Assembly (NCBI GenBank): GCA_913061105.1
Contig: CAJXVJ010000001.1
Span: 12,676-76,675, forward strand
Origin: an uncultured Alcanivoracaceae bacterium
GTDB taxonomy: Bacteria > Pseudomonadota > Gammaproteobacteria > Xanthomonadales > Marinicellaceae
DNA length: 64,000 bases
Direction of reading: 5' to 3'
Made by a program: the position numbers and the translations under genes. Under the pieces are notes generated by a model that worked only from the letters and a program-made list of their open reading frames with translations, ran no database searches and was not told where the DNA came from. This document shows, in pieces, positions 46,829 through 56,434 of the stretch; the stretch's first letter is position 1; each line of letters opens with the position of its first letter.

Positions 46829-49800
46829 ATGAAAACAAAATTTCTCTTTTTAGGTTTCCTTATCATAAACCACTCGTTCGCTGCAAACTCCTCTGCCATT
46901 AAAGCAGAACCTAACGATGAGGCCAAAACTGTTATAACGCTGAACTCTGTTGATAGTAGCCCAAAAACATTAGGTTTTCCTAAGTCACTGACCTATACTG
47001 CTACATTATCTAATCAGGTAAAACTACGAAAAAAGAAAACCCACAAAATCACCATTGAATATTACAAAAAAGACAGTAATATTCTTTTGTTTGAAGAAAC
47101 TCACAAAAAAATTTCAATCATTGAAAATAAAGTACCTTTAAAGCTAGGCAAAGGGAAGGCAAAAACAATTAAGTACAGCTCATTACAAGCCTTGTTTGCC
47201 AATAATACTGAAGTAGAAATGTCTTGGACAATTGATGGCGAAAAGCTCTATCCTAAAATTGGTATATTGCCGTCTGGTCACTCTTATAAATCAGGATTGC
47301 TGTTAAAAGGTGTTAAGGTCAATGACCAAGCCCTTCATTGGAAAGGGTTTGATAACCCTTCTGCCGTCTCAGCGTTTGCTTCCACTACATTGACTCCTGT
47401 CAGGACAAATATAGTCCATGACTCAAATATAAAAACCAACCCTTTCGAACTCGAAATGAATGGCCCCTACCTAAGTATTCCTGTTAGAGACATGCCACTT
47501 GCCGTAAGGTCAACAACTCCTTTTGCGGAAAAAGAAGTCAATACCCTTCGACACGAACAACTATATGATAAAAATGGTGCTCGGTTTGGAACCAAGTCCC
47601 CCAAACAAGACGATCAATTGGCTCAAATGTCAACAAGAAACCCTGGCGGCTTAAGAACACCCACTACCTCATTAGATTTTCCTGGTATGCCAAACATCAG
47701 TGGCTTTTATCCTCCTGACATAGAAGGAGCTGTTGGCGAAAACTATTATGTTCAAATGGTTAATTCAACCTATGCTATATTTAATAAAAGTGATGGCTCA
47801 ATTGCTCAAGCGGCTCGTAACACTAACACATTGTGGTCAAGCCATGGGGGAAGGTGTCAATCTGATAACGATGGAGATGCCATTGCGCTTTATGATGAAC
47901 AGGCACAAAGGTGGGTTCTCACTCAATTTGCTGTTACTGCAGCACCAGAGTCGGTTTGTTTTGCTATCTCACAAACCAGTGATCCTACTGGTGCTTATTA
48001 CACTTATGATTTAGCAGCACAGCGTTTTCCTGATTATTACAAATTAGGGGTCTGGCCTGTATCAGGCAACAACGCCTATTTTATGGGAACAAACTCTGGC
48101 TTACAAGGTCAGTACGATGTTTATGCCTTAGACCGTGAAAACATGTTGTTGGGTCTGCCTGCCAGGCCAGCTCAGTTTTTTCAAAGTTACCCTAATTTGT
48201 TAATGCCTGCTGACAGTGATGGCGATACACCTCCTCCGGCAAATGCCCCCGGCTTGTTGTATTCAATTCGAGATGCTGGTGAAGCCTATTTTGGAAACCC
48301 TGCAAATGACAGCATAGACGTCTATGAGTTTGACGTTGATTGGGCAAATTCATCAAATTCGACTTTTACCTTGTCACAAGTTATCACTAATGCTGATGGT
48401 TTAAGCAACTTTAATTGGACTGTTTGTGGTTTTTTTGTCAGTGATTGTTTGCCTCAAGGAGGCACTTCTGTAAACATTGACAGCGGTTCTTGGTGGCCAC
48501 AACAAAGACTTCAATACCGAAATTTTGGCGGTTTCGAAACTTTGGTTGGAACTTGGACTGTGGATGTTTTAGCTGTAGGCGACCACGCAGCACCAAGGTG
48601 GTTTGAGTTGCGTAGAAATATTGGTGCCGGCAGTTGGAATTTGCGCCAAGAAGGCACTTTTGCCCCTGATTCCGACCACCGTTTTAATCCAAGTATATCA
48701 ATGGATGCTTCAGAAAACATTGGTCTAGGTTATTCTGTTACATCCTCAAGCTCTTTTCCTTCTATCCGATTTACAGTTCATGATGCATCTGTTGATCCAT
48801 TGGGAACTATGGAGCCAGAAGAAGTCATGGTAGCAGGTGGAGGTTCACAAACCGGCACTGCTAACCGTTGGGGGGATTATGCATCAATGGATGTTGATCC
48901 TGTTGATGATTGTACTTTTTGGTTTACTTCTGAATATTATACTTCTACTAGTGCAGCAGGGTGGACAACCCGCATTGGCGCGTTCAAAATTCCTACGTGT
49001 AAAAATTATTTGATAACTGCCGTAGATGACACCATTGAAGTCTGTAAAGCAGATGACACCACAAGTTTTAGTCTAAGTTTGAGCAATAGTTTCGATGCCA
49101 CGACCAATATGAGTCAAGTCGGTTGTCCAGCTGGTGCCAGTTGTGCCTTTTCTCCCAACCCAGTTGTTAACCCTCTATCAACCACTGATTTAAACATTAC
49201 TGGCTTGGCAGGAGCTACTGGTGGAGCGCACTTGATTACCGCTACTGCTACGGACTCAGTAGATAACTTAGCAACAAACGACATTGATTTAAACCTGTTT
49301 TTATTTAATGGAAACCCAGGAACTCCAGTTTTATCCTCTCCGTTAGATGGAGCCTTTGCCCCTTCATTGGGCCCAGATCTAACCTGGTCTGCCGTGACTG
49401 ATGGGCAAGATTATTTTGTTGAAGTTGACAACGATCCTGCTTTTGGCAGTGTGGACTTTTCAACTACCGTTAATGGGGGATTAACCACAGCAGCCGCTTC
49501 GGGATTAAGTGAAAATACGTGTTATTATTGGCGTGTCACTCCATCGAATTTATGTGGCAATGGAACAACTTCTAATGTTTTTGAATTCTATACAGGAGCC
49601 TCACAATCAACAACTGATTTTACCAGTACTGATGTTCCCATATCAATAGGTACTGTGCCAGTAACCATTACTTCAACATTGACAATAGCAGGTGTTGGAG
49701 CCATTAATGACGTGAATGTTGTTGACATAGATATGACCCATTCTTATGCAGGGGATTTAACCCTAACATTAGAATCACCTACAGGAACAGTGGTGACAAT

Positions 49801-52800
49801 CATGAACGTTGGTTGTGGAACCGACAATAATATAGACTTAAGCTTGGATGACGAAGCGGCTGGCACATGGGGTTGTGCTGGTGGTGGTCCTGTTGGAGGC
49901 GGGGGTACCTTCCAACCAAGTAGTGCTCTTTCTGCTTTTGATGGAGAAAATGCCAATGGTGTGTGGACACTTACAGTAATTGACGGTTTTAATGGAGATG
50001 GTGGATCCTTAAATGGTTGGGGATTAAACTTTGAAAATTTTGCCGACAATGGCAATCAATGCCCTTCTGGCTTTACTGTTGGTGGTAATGTTTCTGGGTT
50101 AACGGGTTCTGGATTGGTTTTACAAAACAACCTAGGTGATAATTTATCCATAGCAGCTGATGGTAGTTTTGTCTTTCCAACATCATTACCAGATTTTGAT
50201 CCTTATGCAGTAACTGTATTAACACAACCAAATACGCCAAGCCAAACATGTTCAGTAACTAATTCTTCTGGTAATATTTCTGGAGCAAATGTTGTTAGTG
50301 TTTCTGTTACTTGTACTACCGATTCTTTTACCGTTGGAGGAAATATTTCTGGATTGACAGGCTCAGGTTTAGTATTACAAAACAATGCAGGGGATAATTT
50401 ACCCATAGCAGCGGATGGTAGTTTTACTTTTTCTGCTTCATTAGTGGATTTAAGCTCATATGTGGTTACCGTATTAACTCAGCCCTCTTCTCCGAATCAA
50501 TCATGCGCAGTGACAAATGCATCAGGAAACTTAGCAGGTACAAATATAACAAACGTGGCCATTTCATGTGGAGCTGTTACCTATACAGTTGGTGGCAATG
50601 TTTCTAATTTGACCGGTTCTGGATTGGTTTTACAAAACAACCTAGGTGATAATTTGCCCATAGCTAATGATGGTAGTTTTGTCTTTCCTACATCATTACC
50701 AGATTTTGATCCATATTCTGTTACCGTATTATCCCAACCTAATACTCCCAGTCAAACATGCACGGTGACCAATGCTTCTGGTAATGTTTCTGGATCAAAT
50801 ATAACCAATGTAGATGTCAGTTGTGCATTAACTCCTGACATTTCTTTTGCTGGGACCAATTTAATACAAGATGTTTGTATCAACCCTGGTCCAACAGCTA
50901 TCAACCCTGTTACACTTACCTCCATCGCTTTAAATGGCTACAACAACACCATTAGTTTGGCCTTTAACCCGGTATTGCCAACAGGAATTAGTGGAGGCTT
51001 TAGTAATAACAATTTTGTTCCTGCAACGGCCCCTGGAACAGATTCACTATTAAACCTAAATATAGATAACACGGCAACCGCTGGTTTAAACACAATAACA
51101 ATTGAGGCCTCGGGAGCGGGTATTTCTACAAAATCAATTGATGTTGATTTAACTGTCATTTTTGGTTTATCTGCAAGCCCTGTTGTTTCTTCACCCAGTG
51201 ATGGCAGCATTAGTGTGGCAACCAACACCTCTTTTACTTGGAGTGCTATTAGTGGTGCCAATAATTATGATATAGATATTTCTACCGATCCAACTTTTTC
51301 ATCCATTGATTTCTCTGCCAATGTTGCTGGAACCTCTTTTTCCCCTGGTGCTGCCTTAGCAACAGGTACAGTCTATTATTGGAGAGTAAGAGCTAATAAC
51401 ACCTGTGGTGCAACCAGTTTTGTTATTGCTGCTTTTGAAACCATAGGAGGGGGAGGAAGTACAACTATGTCTTTTTGTAATTCACCTGCTCTTGCGATAC
51501 CGGACAATGACAGTAACGGAACATCTGATACATTAAACATAGCTACAATTGCAACCATAACTGATATCGATGTCAGTTTAGATGTTTCTCATACATGGGT
51601 TGGGGATCTAATTTTTAATGTTGAAAACGATACAACCAACACAAATGTCACAATCATAGATCGACCAGGTCGTGATGGTTCGGGGTTAGGGTGTTCAAGA
51701 AATAACATTGATACAACCCTTGATGATGATTCGGTTACTCCTGTAGAAGGGGTTTGTGCCAATCCAGCGGATCCCACAATTGGAGCAGGGCCGTTTTCAC
51801 CAAACAACCCGTTAAGCGCTTTTAATGCTGAAAGTTTGGCAGGAGATTGGACGCTAAGTATTTCTGATAACGCAAACAATGATGATGGCACAGTTAATGA
51901 ATGGTGTGTAATTGCTACATATGGCTCTGGTTCTGGCCTAGCAGCAGCAGATTACAGTGACTTAGACAGTTCTTACGGAGTAGCGCGACACGAAGGAGAT
52001 GGAACATCTAGGCTTGGAAATAATTGGACGGCTGATTTGTCATTTGTTGAAGGTGGCGACTCTCCAATCAGCGAAGGAGGTTCTGGTGATGATGATGGCA
52101 TTGTTGCCAGTGGTCTTTGGACAGAAGCCAGCCCTAATGCGGTCATTGAAGCAACGGTTAGCACCAGCGGTTTTTTGTACTGTTGGTTTGATTGGAATAA
52201 CGATGGCACATTTGAAGGAAGTGAGTTAGGTGTCTCTTCTTCTTTATCATTAATTAGTCCATTGAGCAATAGCATTCCTGTCACCGTTCCCTCAACATCC
52301 TTTGGTGATGGTAATGATGAATTACTTGAAACTCGTTGTCGTTTTTATGCTGTTGAACAAACTTTGGCCCCACCTAACCCAATAGGCTCAACGGACTCTG
52401 GTGAAGTGGAAGATTATAAACTACCAGCCGATCAACTAACCCCTGTCACACTGGCGTTTATTAAAAGTGAGAGAATCAACTCATCATTAGTAATAGATTG
52501 GACAACTACTACAGAGTCTGGAACGATAGGCTTTAACGTTCTTGGGCTTGTAAACAATGTTTGGAGACAATTAAATGCTCAACCAATCTCTGCAAAAGGC
52601 ATGAATTCAGTCAGTCCACATGATTATCAATTTAATGCTGGAGACTTAATGATAGAGGCCTTTAAAATTGAAGAGTTGACAATAAATGGTGAGAAACAAT
52701 CTTACGGTCCTTATGTCTCTTATAAAACACATGGCAAGTACCCTAATAACAGGATAATAAACTGGCAAAGTATTACACAGGAATCAAATCTATTGGCATC

Positions 52801-54916
52801 AAATAGACAAGAGAGCTTAAAACAAGGCTTTAGTTTTGTAAAAGTTTCTGTTAATGAAACAGGAATACAAAGAATCACCCATGAAGACTTGGTTTCTGCT
52901 GGCGTTGATTGGCAAGGTGTTAGTGCCAATGAAATCTCAATAAGTTTTGAAAACAAATCTATTGCACGCCTTGTATCTAGTGATGTTTTTGGACCAGGGT
53001 CTCATATTGATTTTGTTGGTTTTACTGCTGATTCCTTGTATACAAATACTAACGTTTATGTGTTAAAGCTTGATGTATACCAAAGTAAAAATGCTATTGC
53101 CATAACTGATGACTCATATGGTGTTGATAATTCTGCTTATCACATGGCAACAAGCATTAACAACAAGGATGTTGTATATTCTTTTGCTTCACCTACCAAT
53201 AGCCCCTGGCTTTTACAATCCATGTTGGCTTTTACCTCTCCTAAAGAATGGTCTTTTCCAATCAATGCCCCATATTTGTTAAATAACAATGTTTCTTCAA
53301 CATTAAATGTTAACGCCTGGGGTGGCACAGATTGGCCACAAACAAATGACCACCACTTACAAGTCTTGTTAAATAATCAACTTGTTAGTGATGTCTACAG
53401 CGATGGACTGGATACAATTAATATTACAGAAAACTTAAATCATTCACAAATCAACGGTGCTTCTTCGATAACATTTAGGTTGCCTGCAGATACGGGTGTT
53501 GATTATGATTTAATTCAACTTGATAGCTTTTCAATAGATTTTCCTGCTGAAATACACGCCATAAACAATAAGCTGTCTTTTGTTCCTGTTGTTAACACTT
53601 CAATTAATCCTGATGTTATACATACCAATGGTTTTGAAAACAATTTTGCAGATGATGGTTTTGTCGTTAAAGGGCTATCAACCCAAGAGACAACTATTTA
53701 TGCAGTAAATGGGTCTAATCTATACGATTTTCCTCTTAAGAAAACCAATTCTGTCACTGGTGGGTATGAAATAGAAATACCGAAGATACCAAGTACAGGT
53801 GTTAAGTATTACATTAATAGTAACAATGCTTTAATACGGCCCAGTTTGTCTTTGGCTAACAACTCAAGTTTGGATTTAAATCAACAATATGATTATTTGA
53901 TGATTTCTCACCCTGATTTTATAAGTTCTTTAAATCAATTGGTCAACTATCATCAAGCAAGCGGACTAAGTGTTTTGGTTGTGAACGTTGAAGATGTTTA
54001 TGCTGAATACTCTTTCCACAGGAAAGATGCTAATGCCATAAAAACTTTTATAAAGGATGCCAATTTAATGACGGGCATTGAAACTGTTTTACTGGTTGGG
54101 AGTGACACTTCAGATTATTTAGATAATTTGGATCTAGGCTCTAAAAGTTTTGTTCCTACATTATATTTTCCTACTGACGAAATTATTAAATATGCTCCTG
54201 TTGACTCGTTATTTGTCGATACCAACAACGATTTAATTCCAGATTTATCTATTGGTAGATTGCCCGTTCGAACCAATATTGAGTTGCAAGATATCATAGA
54301 TAAAATAATACAATATGCTAATCGTAGCTATAAAGATACTGCTATCTTTGCTTCTGATAGATCGTCCTCATTTGATTTGTTTTCTAATCAAATGGTCGGA
54401 CTACTACCTCAAAATTGGCAGGTTGAAAAAGCTTATGTATCTGTTCTTGATATTAATGCGGCTCAATCATCCATAATCAACAGTATCGAATCTGGCGTTT
54501 CTCTTACTAGTTATTTTGGTCACTCAGGCCCTAATACTTGGTCATTTGAACACCTGTTTGACAACAATGACATTTTGGCACTAAACAACCTAAACAAGCC
54601 AACTGTAATTAATCAGTTTGGTTGTTGGAATACTTATTATGTCATGCCTGAGTTTGATACCATGGCACACCACTTTATGAGCCAAGAAAACAAAGGTGCC
54701 GTGGCAGTATTAGGGGCCAGTACCTTGACGCAAAGTAATCATGAATCAATGTTGGGTAACCTTCTAATTCCTAGAATAACCCAAAACAATGTTCCTGTAG
54801 GTTTAGCTATTCTTCAAGCCAAACAGGCATTGGCCCAAAACCACCCTGGTTATTTAGATGTTCTTTTAGGTTGGAACTTATTAGGTGATCCTATGATTTA
54901 CCTAAATCAAGAGTAA
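46829..54916 (+). CDS. giant secreted multidomain protein (2695 aa): propeller-like region, 2x (FN3-like + P-domain), 3x 85-aa repeats, GEVED domain, C-terminal peptidase C25-like unit
   Basis: Uninterrupted 8088-nt ORF. AAGGA lies about 10 nt upstream, and there is a signal peptide. P-domain motifs: HSYAGDLTLTLESPTGT / GVWTLTVID and HTWVGDLIFNV / GDWTLSISD. GEVED motif: SGEVEDYKL. C25-like motifs: FGHSGPNTW and QFGCWN. Confidence 0.85.
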   Translation: MKTKFLFLGFLIINHSFAANSSAIKAEPNDEAKTVITLNSVDSSPKTLGFPKSLTYTATLSNQVKLRKKKTHKITIEYYKKDSNILLFEETHKKISIIENKVPLKLGKGKAKTIKYSSLQALFANNTEVEMSWTIDGEKLYPKIGILPSGHSYKSGLLLKGVKVNDQALHWKGFDNPSAVSAFASTTLTPVRTNIVHDSNIKTNPFELEMNGPYLSIPVRDMPLAVRSTTPFAEKEVNTLRHEQLYDKNGARFGTKSPKQDDQLAQMSTRNPGGLRTPTTSLDFPGMPNISGFYPPDIEGAVGENYYVQMVNSTYAIFNKSDGSIAQAARNTNTLWSSHGGRCQSDNDGDAIALYDEQAQRWVLTQFAVTAAPESVCFAISQTSDPTGAYYTYDLAAQRFPDYYKLGVWPVSGNNAYFMGTNSGLQGQYDVYALDRENMLLGLPARPAQFFQSYPNLLMPADSDGDTPPPANAPGLLYSIRDAGEAYFGNPANDSIDVYEFDVDWANSSNSTFTLSQVITNADGLSNFNWTVCGFFVSDCLPQGGTSVNIDSGSWWPQQRLQYRNFGGFETLVGTWTVDVLAVGDHAAPRWFELRRNIGAGSWNLRQEGTFAPDSDHRFNPSISMDASENIGLGYSVTSSSSFPSIRFTVHDASVDPLGTMEPEEVMVAGGGSQTGTANRWGDYASMDVDPVDDCTFWFTSEYYTSTSAAGWTTRIGAFKIPTCKNYLITAVDDTIEVCKADDTTSFSLSLSNSFDATTNMSQVGCPAGASCAFSPNPVVNPLSTTDLNITGLAGATGGAHLITATATDSVDNLATNDIDLNLFLFNGNPGTPVLSSPLDGAFAPSLGPDLTWSAVTDGQDYFVEVDNDPAFGSVDFSTTVNGGLTTAAASGLSENTCYYWRVTPSNLCGNGTTSNVFEFYTGASQSTTDFTSTDVPISIGTVPVTITSTLTIAGVGAINDVNVVDIDMTHSYAGDLTLTLESPTGTVVTIMNVGCGTDNNIDLSLDDEAAGTWGCAGGGPVGGGGTFQPSSALSAFDGENANGVWTLTVIDGFNGDGGSLNGWGLNFENFADNGNQCPSGFTVGGNVSGLTGSGLVLQNNLGDNLSIAADGSFVFPTSLPDFDPYAVTVLTQPNTPSQTCSVTNSSGNISGANVVSVSVTCTTDSFTVGGNISGLTGSGLVLQNNAGDNLPIAADGSFTFSASLVDLSSYVVTVLTQPSSPNQSCAVTNASGNLAGTNITNVAISCGAVTYTVGGNVSNLTGSGLVLQNNLGDNLPIANDGSFVFPTSLPDFDPYSVTVLSQPNTPSQTCTVTNASGNVSGSNITNVDVSCALTPDISFAGTNLIQDVCINPGPTAINPVTLTSIALNGYNNTISLAFNPVLPTGISGGFSNNNFVPATAPGTDSLLNLNIDNTATAGLNTITIEASGAGISTKSIDVDLTVIFGLSASPVVSSPSDGSISVATNTSFTWSAISGANNYDIDISTDPTFSSIDFSANVAGTSFSPGAALATGTVYYWRVRANNTCGATSFVIAAFETIGGGGSTTMSFCNSPALAIPDNDSNGTSDTLNIATIATITDIDVSLDVSHTWVGDLIFNVENDTTNTNVTIIDRPGRDGSGLGCSRNNIDTTLDDDSVTPVEGVCANPADPTIGAGPFSPNNPLSAFNAESLAGDWTLSISDNANNDDGTVNEWCVIATYGSGSGLAAADYSDLDSSYGVARHEGDGTSRLGNNWTADLSFVEGGDSPISEGGSGDDDGIVASGLWTEASPNAVIEATVSTSGFLYCWFDWNNDGTFEGSELGVSSSLSLISPLSNSIPVTVPSTSFGDGNDELLETRCRFYAVEQTLAPPNPIGSTDSGEVEDYKLPADQLTPVTLAFIKSERINSSLVIDWTTTTESGTIGFNVLGLVNNVWRQLNAQPISAKGMNSVSPHDYQFNAGDLMIEAFKIEELTINGEKQSYGPYVSYKTHGKYPNNRIINWQSITQESNLLASNRQESLKQGFSFVKVSVNETGIQRITHEDLVSAGVDWQGVSANEISISFENKSIARLVSSDVFGPGSHIDFVGFTADSLYTNTNVYVLKLDVYQSKNAIAITDDSYGVDNSAYHMATSINNKDVVYSFASPTNSPWLLQSMLAFTSPKEWSFPINAPYLLNNNVSSTLNVNAWGGTDWPQTNDHHLQVLLNNQLVSDVYSDGLDTINITENLNHSQINGASSITFRLPADTGVDYDLIQLDSFSIDFPAEIHAINNKLSFVPVVNTSINPDVIHTNGFENNFADDGFVVKGLSTQETTIYAVNGSNLYDFPLKKTNSVTGGYEIEIPKIPSTGVKYYINSNNALIRPSLSLANNSSLDLNQQYDYLMISHPDFISSLNQLVNYHQASGLSVLVVNVEDVYAEYSFHRKDANAIKTFIKDANLMTGIETVLLVGSDTSDYLDNLDLGSKSFVPTLYFPTDEIIKYAPVDSLFVDTNNDLIPDLSIGRLPVRTNIELQDIIDKIIQYANRSYKDTAIFASDRSSSFDLFSNQMVGLLPQNWQVEKAYVSVLDINAAQSSIINSIESGVSLTSYFGHSGPNTWSFEHLFDNNDILALNNLNKPTVINQFGCWNTYYVMPEFDTMAHHFMSQENKGAVAVLGASTLTQSNHESMLGNLLIPRITQNNVPVGLAILQAKQALAQNHPGYLDVLLGWNLLGDPMIYLNQE
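50072..50836 (+). repeat. three in-frame tandem repeats of 255 nt (85 aa) inside the giant gene
   Basis: Units start at 50072, 50327 and 50582. Each begins (F/Y)TVGGN(V/I)SGLTGSGLVLQNN and ends in a Cys. Units 1 and 3 share identical runs of about 40 nt. Confidence 0.9.
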
Positions 54917-54940
54917 TCTTAGGCTTATGGTCTGTAAACT

Positions 54941-56434
54941 CTATTTGTTTGCAGACCTATAATTGCTTTCATTAGATTTTGTAATGATTAAAAGACCTGA
55001 ATACATTAATGCGCCATTAACTAACAACAACTCGAAACCAAATTTATAACCAAATAAAAGTTGTTCAGAGTAAATATCTATAATATATGTCAATATCGGA
55101 GCAAGCACTGCAATGTATGGAACATACATGTCTCTGATTGATTTTTTACTGAAAATTCCAAAAGCAAACAAGCCCAATAATGGTCCATATGTAAAACCAG
55201 CCATTCTAAATAAGTTTTGGATGACAGAGGCTTCCAAAACATACCTAAATATTAAAATTGTAGCAAATAAAACCAAGGTAAACCCTATGTGTATGAGCAT
55301 ACGTTTAACCGTTGGTGTGTTTATCTTGCCCAAAATATCAACACAAAATGATGTGGTTAGTGATGTTAAAGCAGAATCTGCTGTAGAATAAGCGGCTGCC
55401 AATAATCCAACTAAAAAGACAACACCCAAATAGGCGGGCATGTGATTAAGGGCAATTGTTGGGAATGTTTTATCAGTAACTATCGCACCAGCCTCGTTTA
55501 CTGGCAAAGACAAACCAACTTTTTCAGCATAAATGTATAAAAAAGCACCCATTGCCATAAAAATTACATTAACAATAACTAAAATAACAAAAAACCACCT
55601 GATGTTTTTTTGAGAGTCTTTTAAGTTTTTACAACTGAGGTTTTTCTGCATCATGTCTTGATCAAGGCCTGTCATGACAATGGCAATAAAAGCACCACCT
55701 AAAAACTGTTTAAAAAAGTTATTTTTATCTTCCCAACCACCATCAAAAAAGAATATTTGTGAATGCTGACTGGAATTTATTTCATTGTATACGCTTGAAA
55801 AATCAAAATTAAGCTGTGTAGCTATTGTCATGACCGCCACTATAACGGCTATGATCATAAACAGGGTCTGTAAGGTGTCGGTCCAAATAATGGTTTTAAT
55901 GCCACCTTTTACCGTATAACTCCAAATTAACACCAAACTGACCAATAAAGTTAACCAAAAAGGAACACCAAAGTGAACAAAAATAAAATCATGTAAAACC
56001 ATCGTCATTAAATACATCCTGAACGATGCACCAATAATTCGAGACAGCATAAAAAAAACAGAACCTGTTTTTTGAGAATATTTCCCGAAACGCTGGTTTA
56101 AATAACCATAGATAGATATTAGGTTTCTCTTGTAGTACAAGGGCAATAACACATACATAATAACGGCATAACCCACTGCATAGCCCATCACCATTTGTAA
56201 ATAGGCAAACTGGTTGTTTAATACCGAACCTGGCAATGATACAAATGTGACTCCAGATAATGATGCGCCAACCATTCCAAATGCAACCACAAACCATGGA
56301 GAAGTTTTGGAGGCATTATAAAAATCAAGGTTGTTGGCGTCTTTAGAAGTGTAATGCGCAATAAAATACAACACGGTAAAATAAAGTATAATGACCAAAG
56401 CCAATATTGTAGGCGTTAAGTTTAAAGCGTTCAT
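54941..56434 (-). CDS. sodium:solute symporter family transporter
   Basis: 497 aa, about 13 TM helices, SSF-like pattern (…GGIKTIIWTDTLQT…). Confidence 0.7.
   Translation of the reverse strand: MNALNLTPTILALVIILYFTVLYFIAHYTSKDANNLDFYNASKTSPWFVVAFGMVGASLSGVTFVSLPGSVLNNQFAYLQMVMGYAVGYAVIMYVLLPLYYKRNLISIYGYLNQRFGKYSQKTGSVFFMLSRIIGASFRMYLMTMVLHDFIFVHFGVPFWLTLLVSLVLIWSYTVKGGIKTIIWTDTLQTLFMIIAVIVAVMTIATQLNFDFSSVYNEINSSQHSQIFFFDGGWEDKNNFFKQFLGGAFIAIVMTGLDQDMMQKNLSCKNLKDSQKNIRWFFVILVIVNVIFMAMGAFLYIYAEKVGLSLPVNEAGAIVTDKTFPTIALNHMPAYLGVVFLVGLLAAAYSTADSALTSLTTSFCVDILGKINTPTVKRMLIHIGFTLVLFATILIFRYVLEASVIQNLFRMAGFTYGPLLGLFAFGIFSKKSIRDMYVPYIAVLAPILTYIIDIYSEQLLFGYKFGFELLLVNGALMYSGLLIITKSNESNYRSANK

Noticed and set aside
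46277-46832. A 550-nt AT-rich region upstream of the giant gene. It contains a 73-aa ORF (46611..46832) whose stop overlaps the giant gene start in an ATGA arrangement.
   Set aside because: The ORF is lysine-rich and low-complexity, as expected from translating AT-rich leader DNA. It has only a cramped AAGG 3-4 nt from its ATG, and I recognise no motif. I kept it as a note only. Ribosome profiling would settle it.
50072-50836. Regularly spaced repeats that might superficially look like a CRISPR or other array.
   Set aside because: The period is 255 nt with no short repeat-and-spacer structure. The repeats are in frame inside a long ORF and encode a conserved 85-aa domain.
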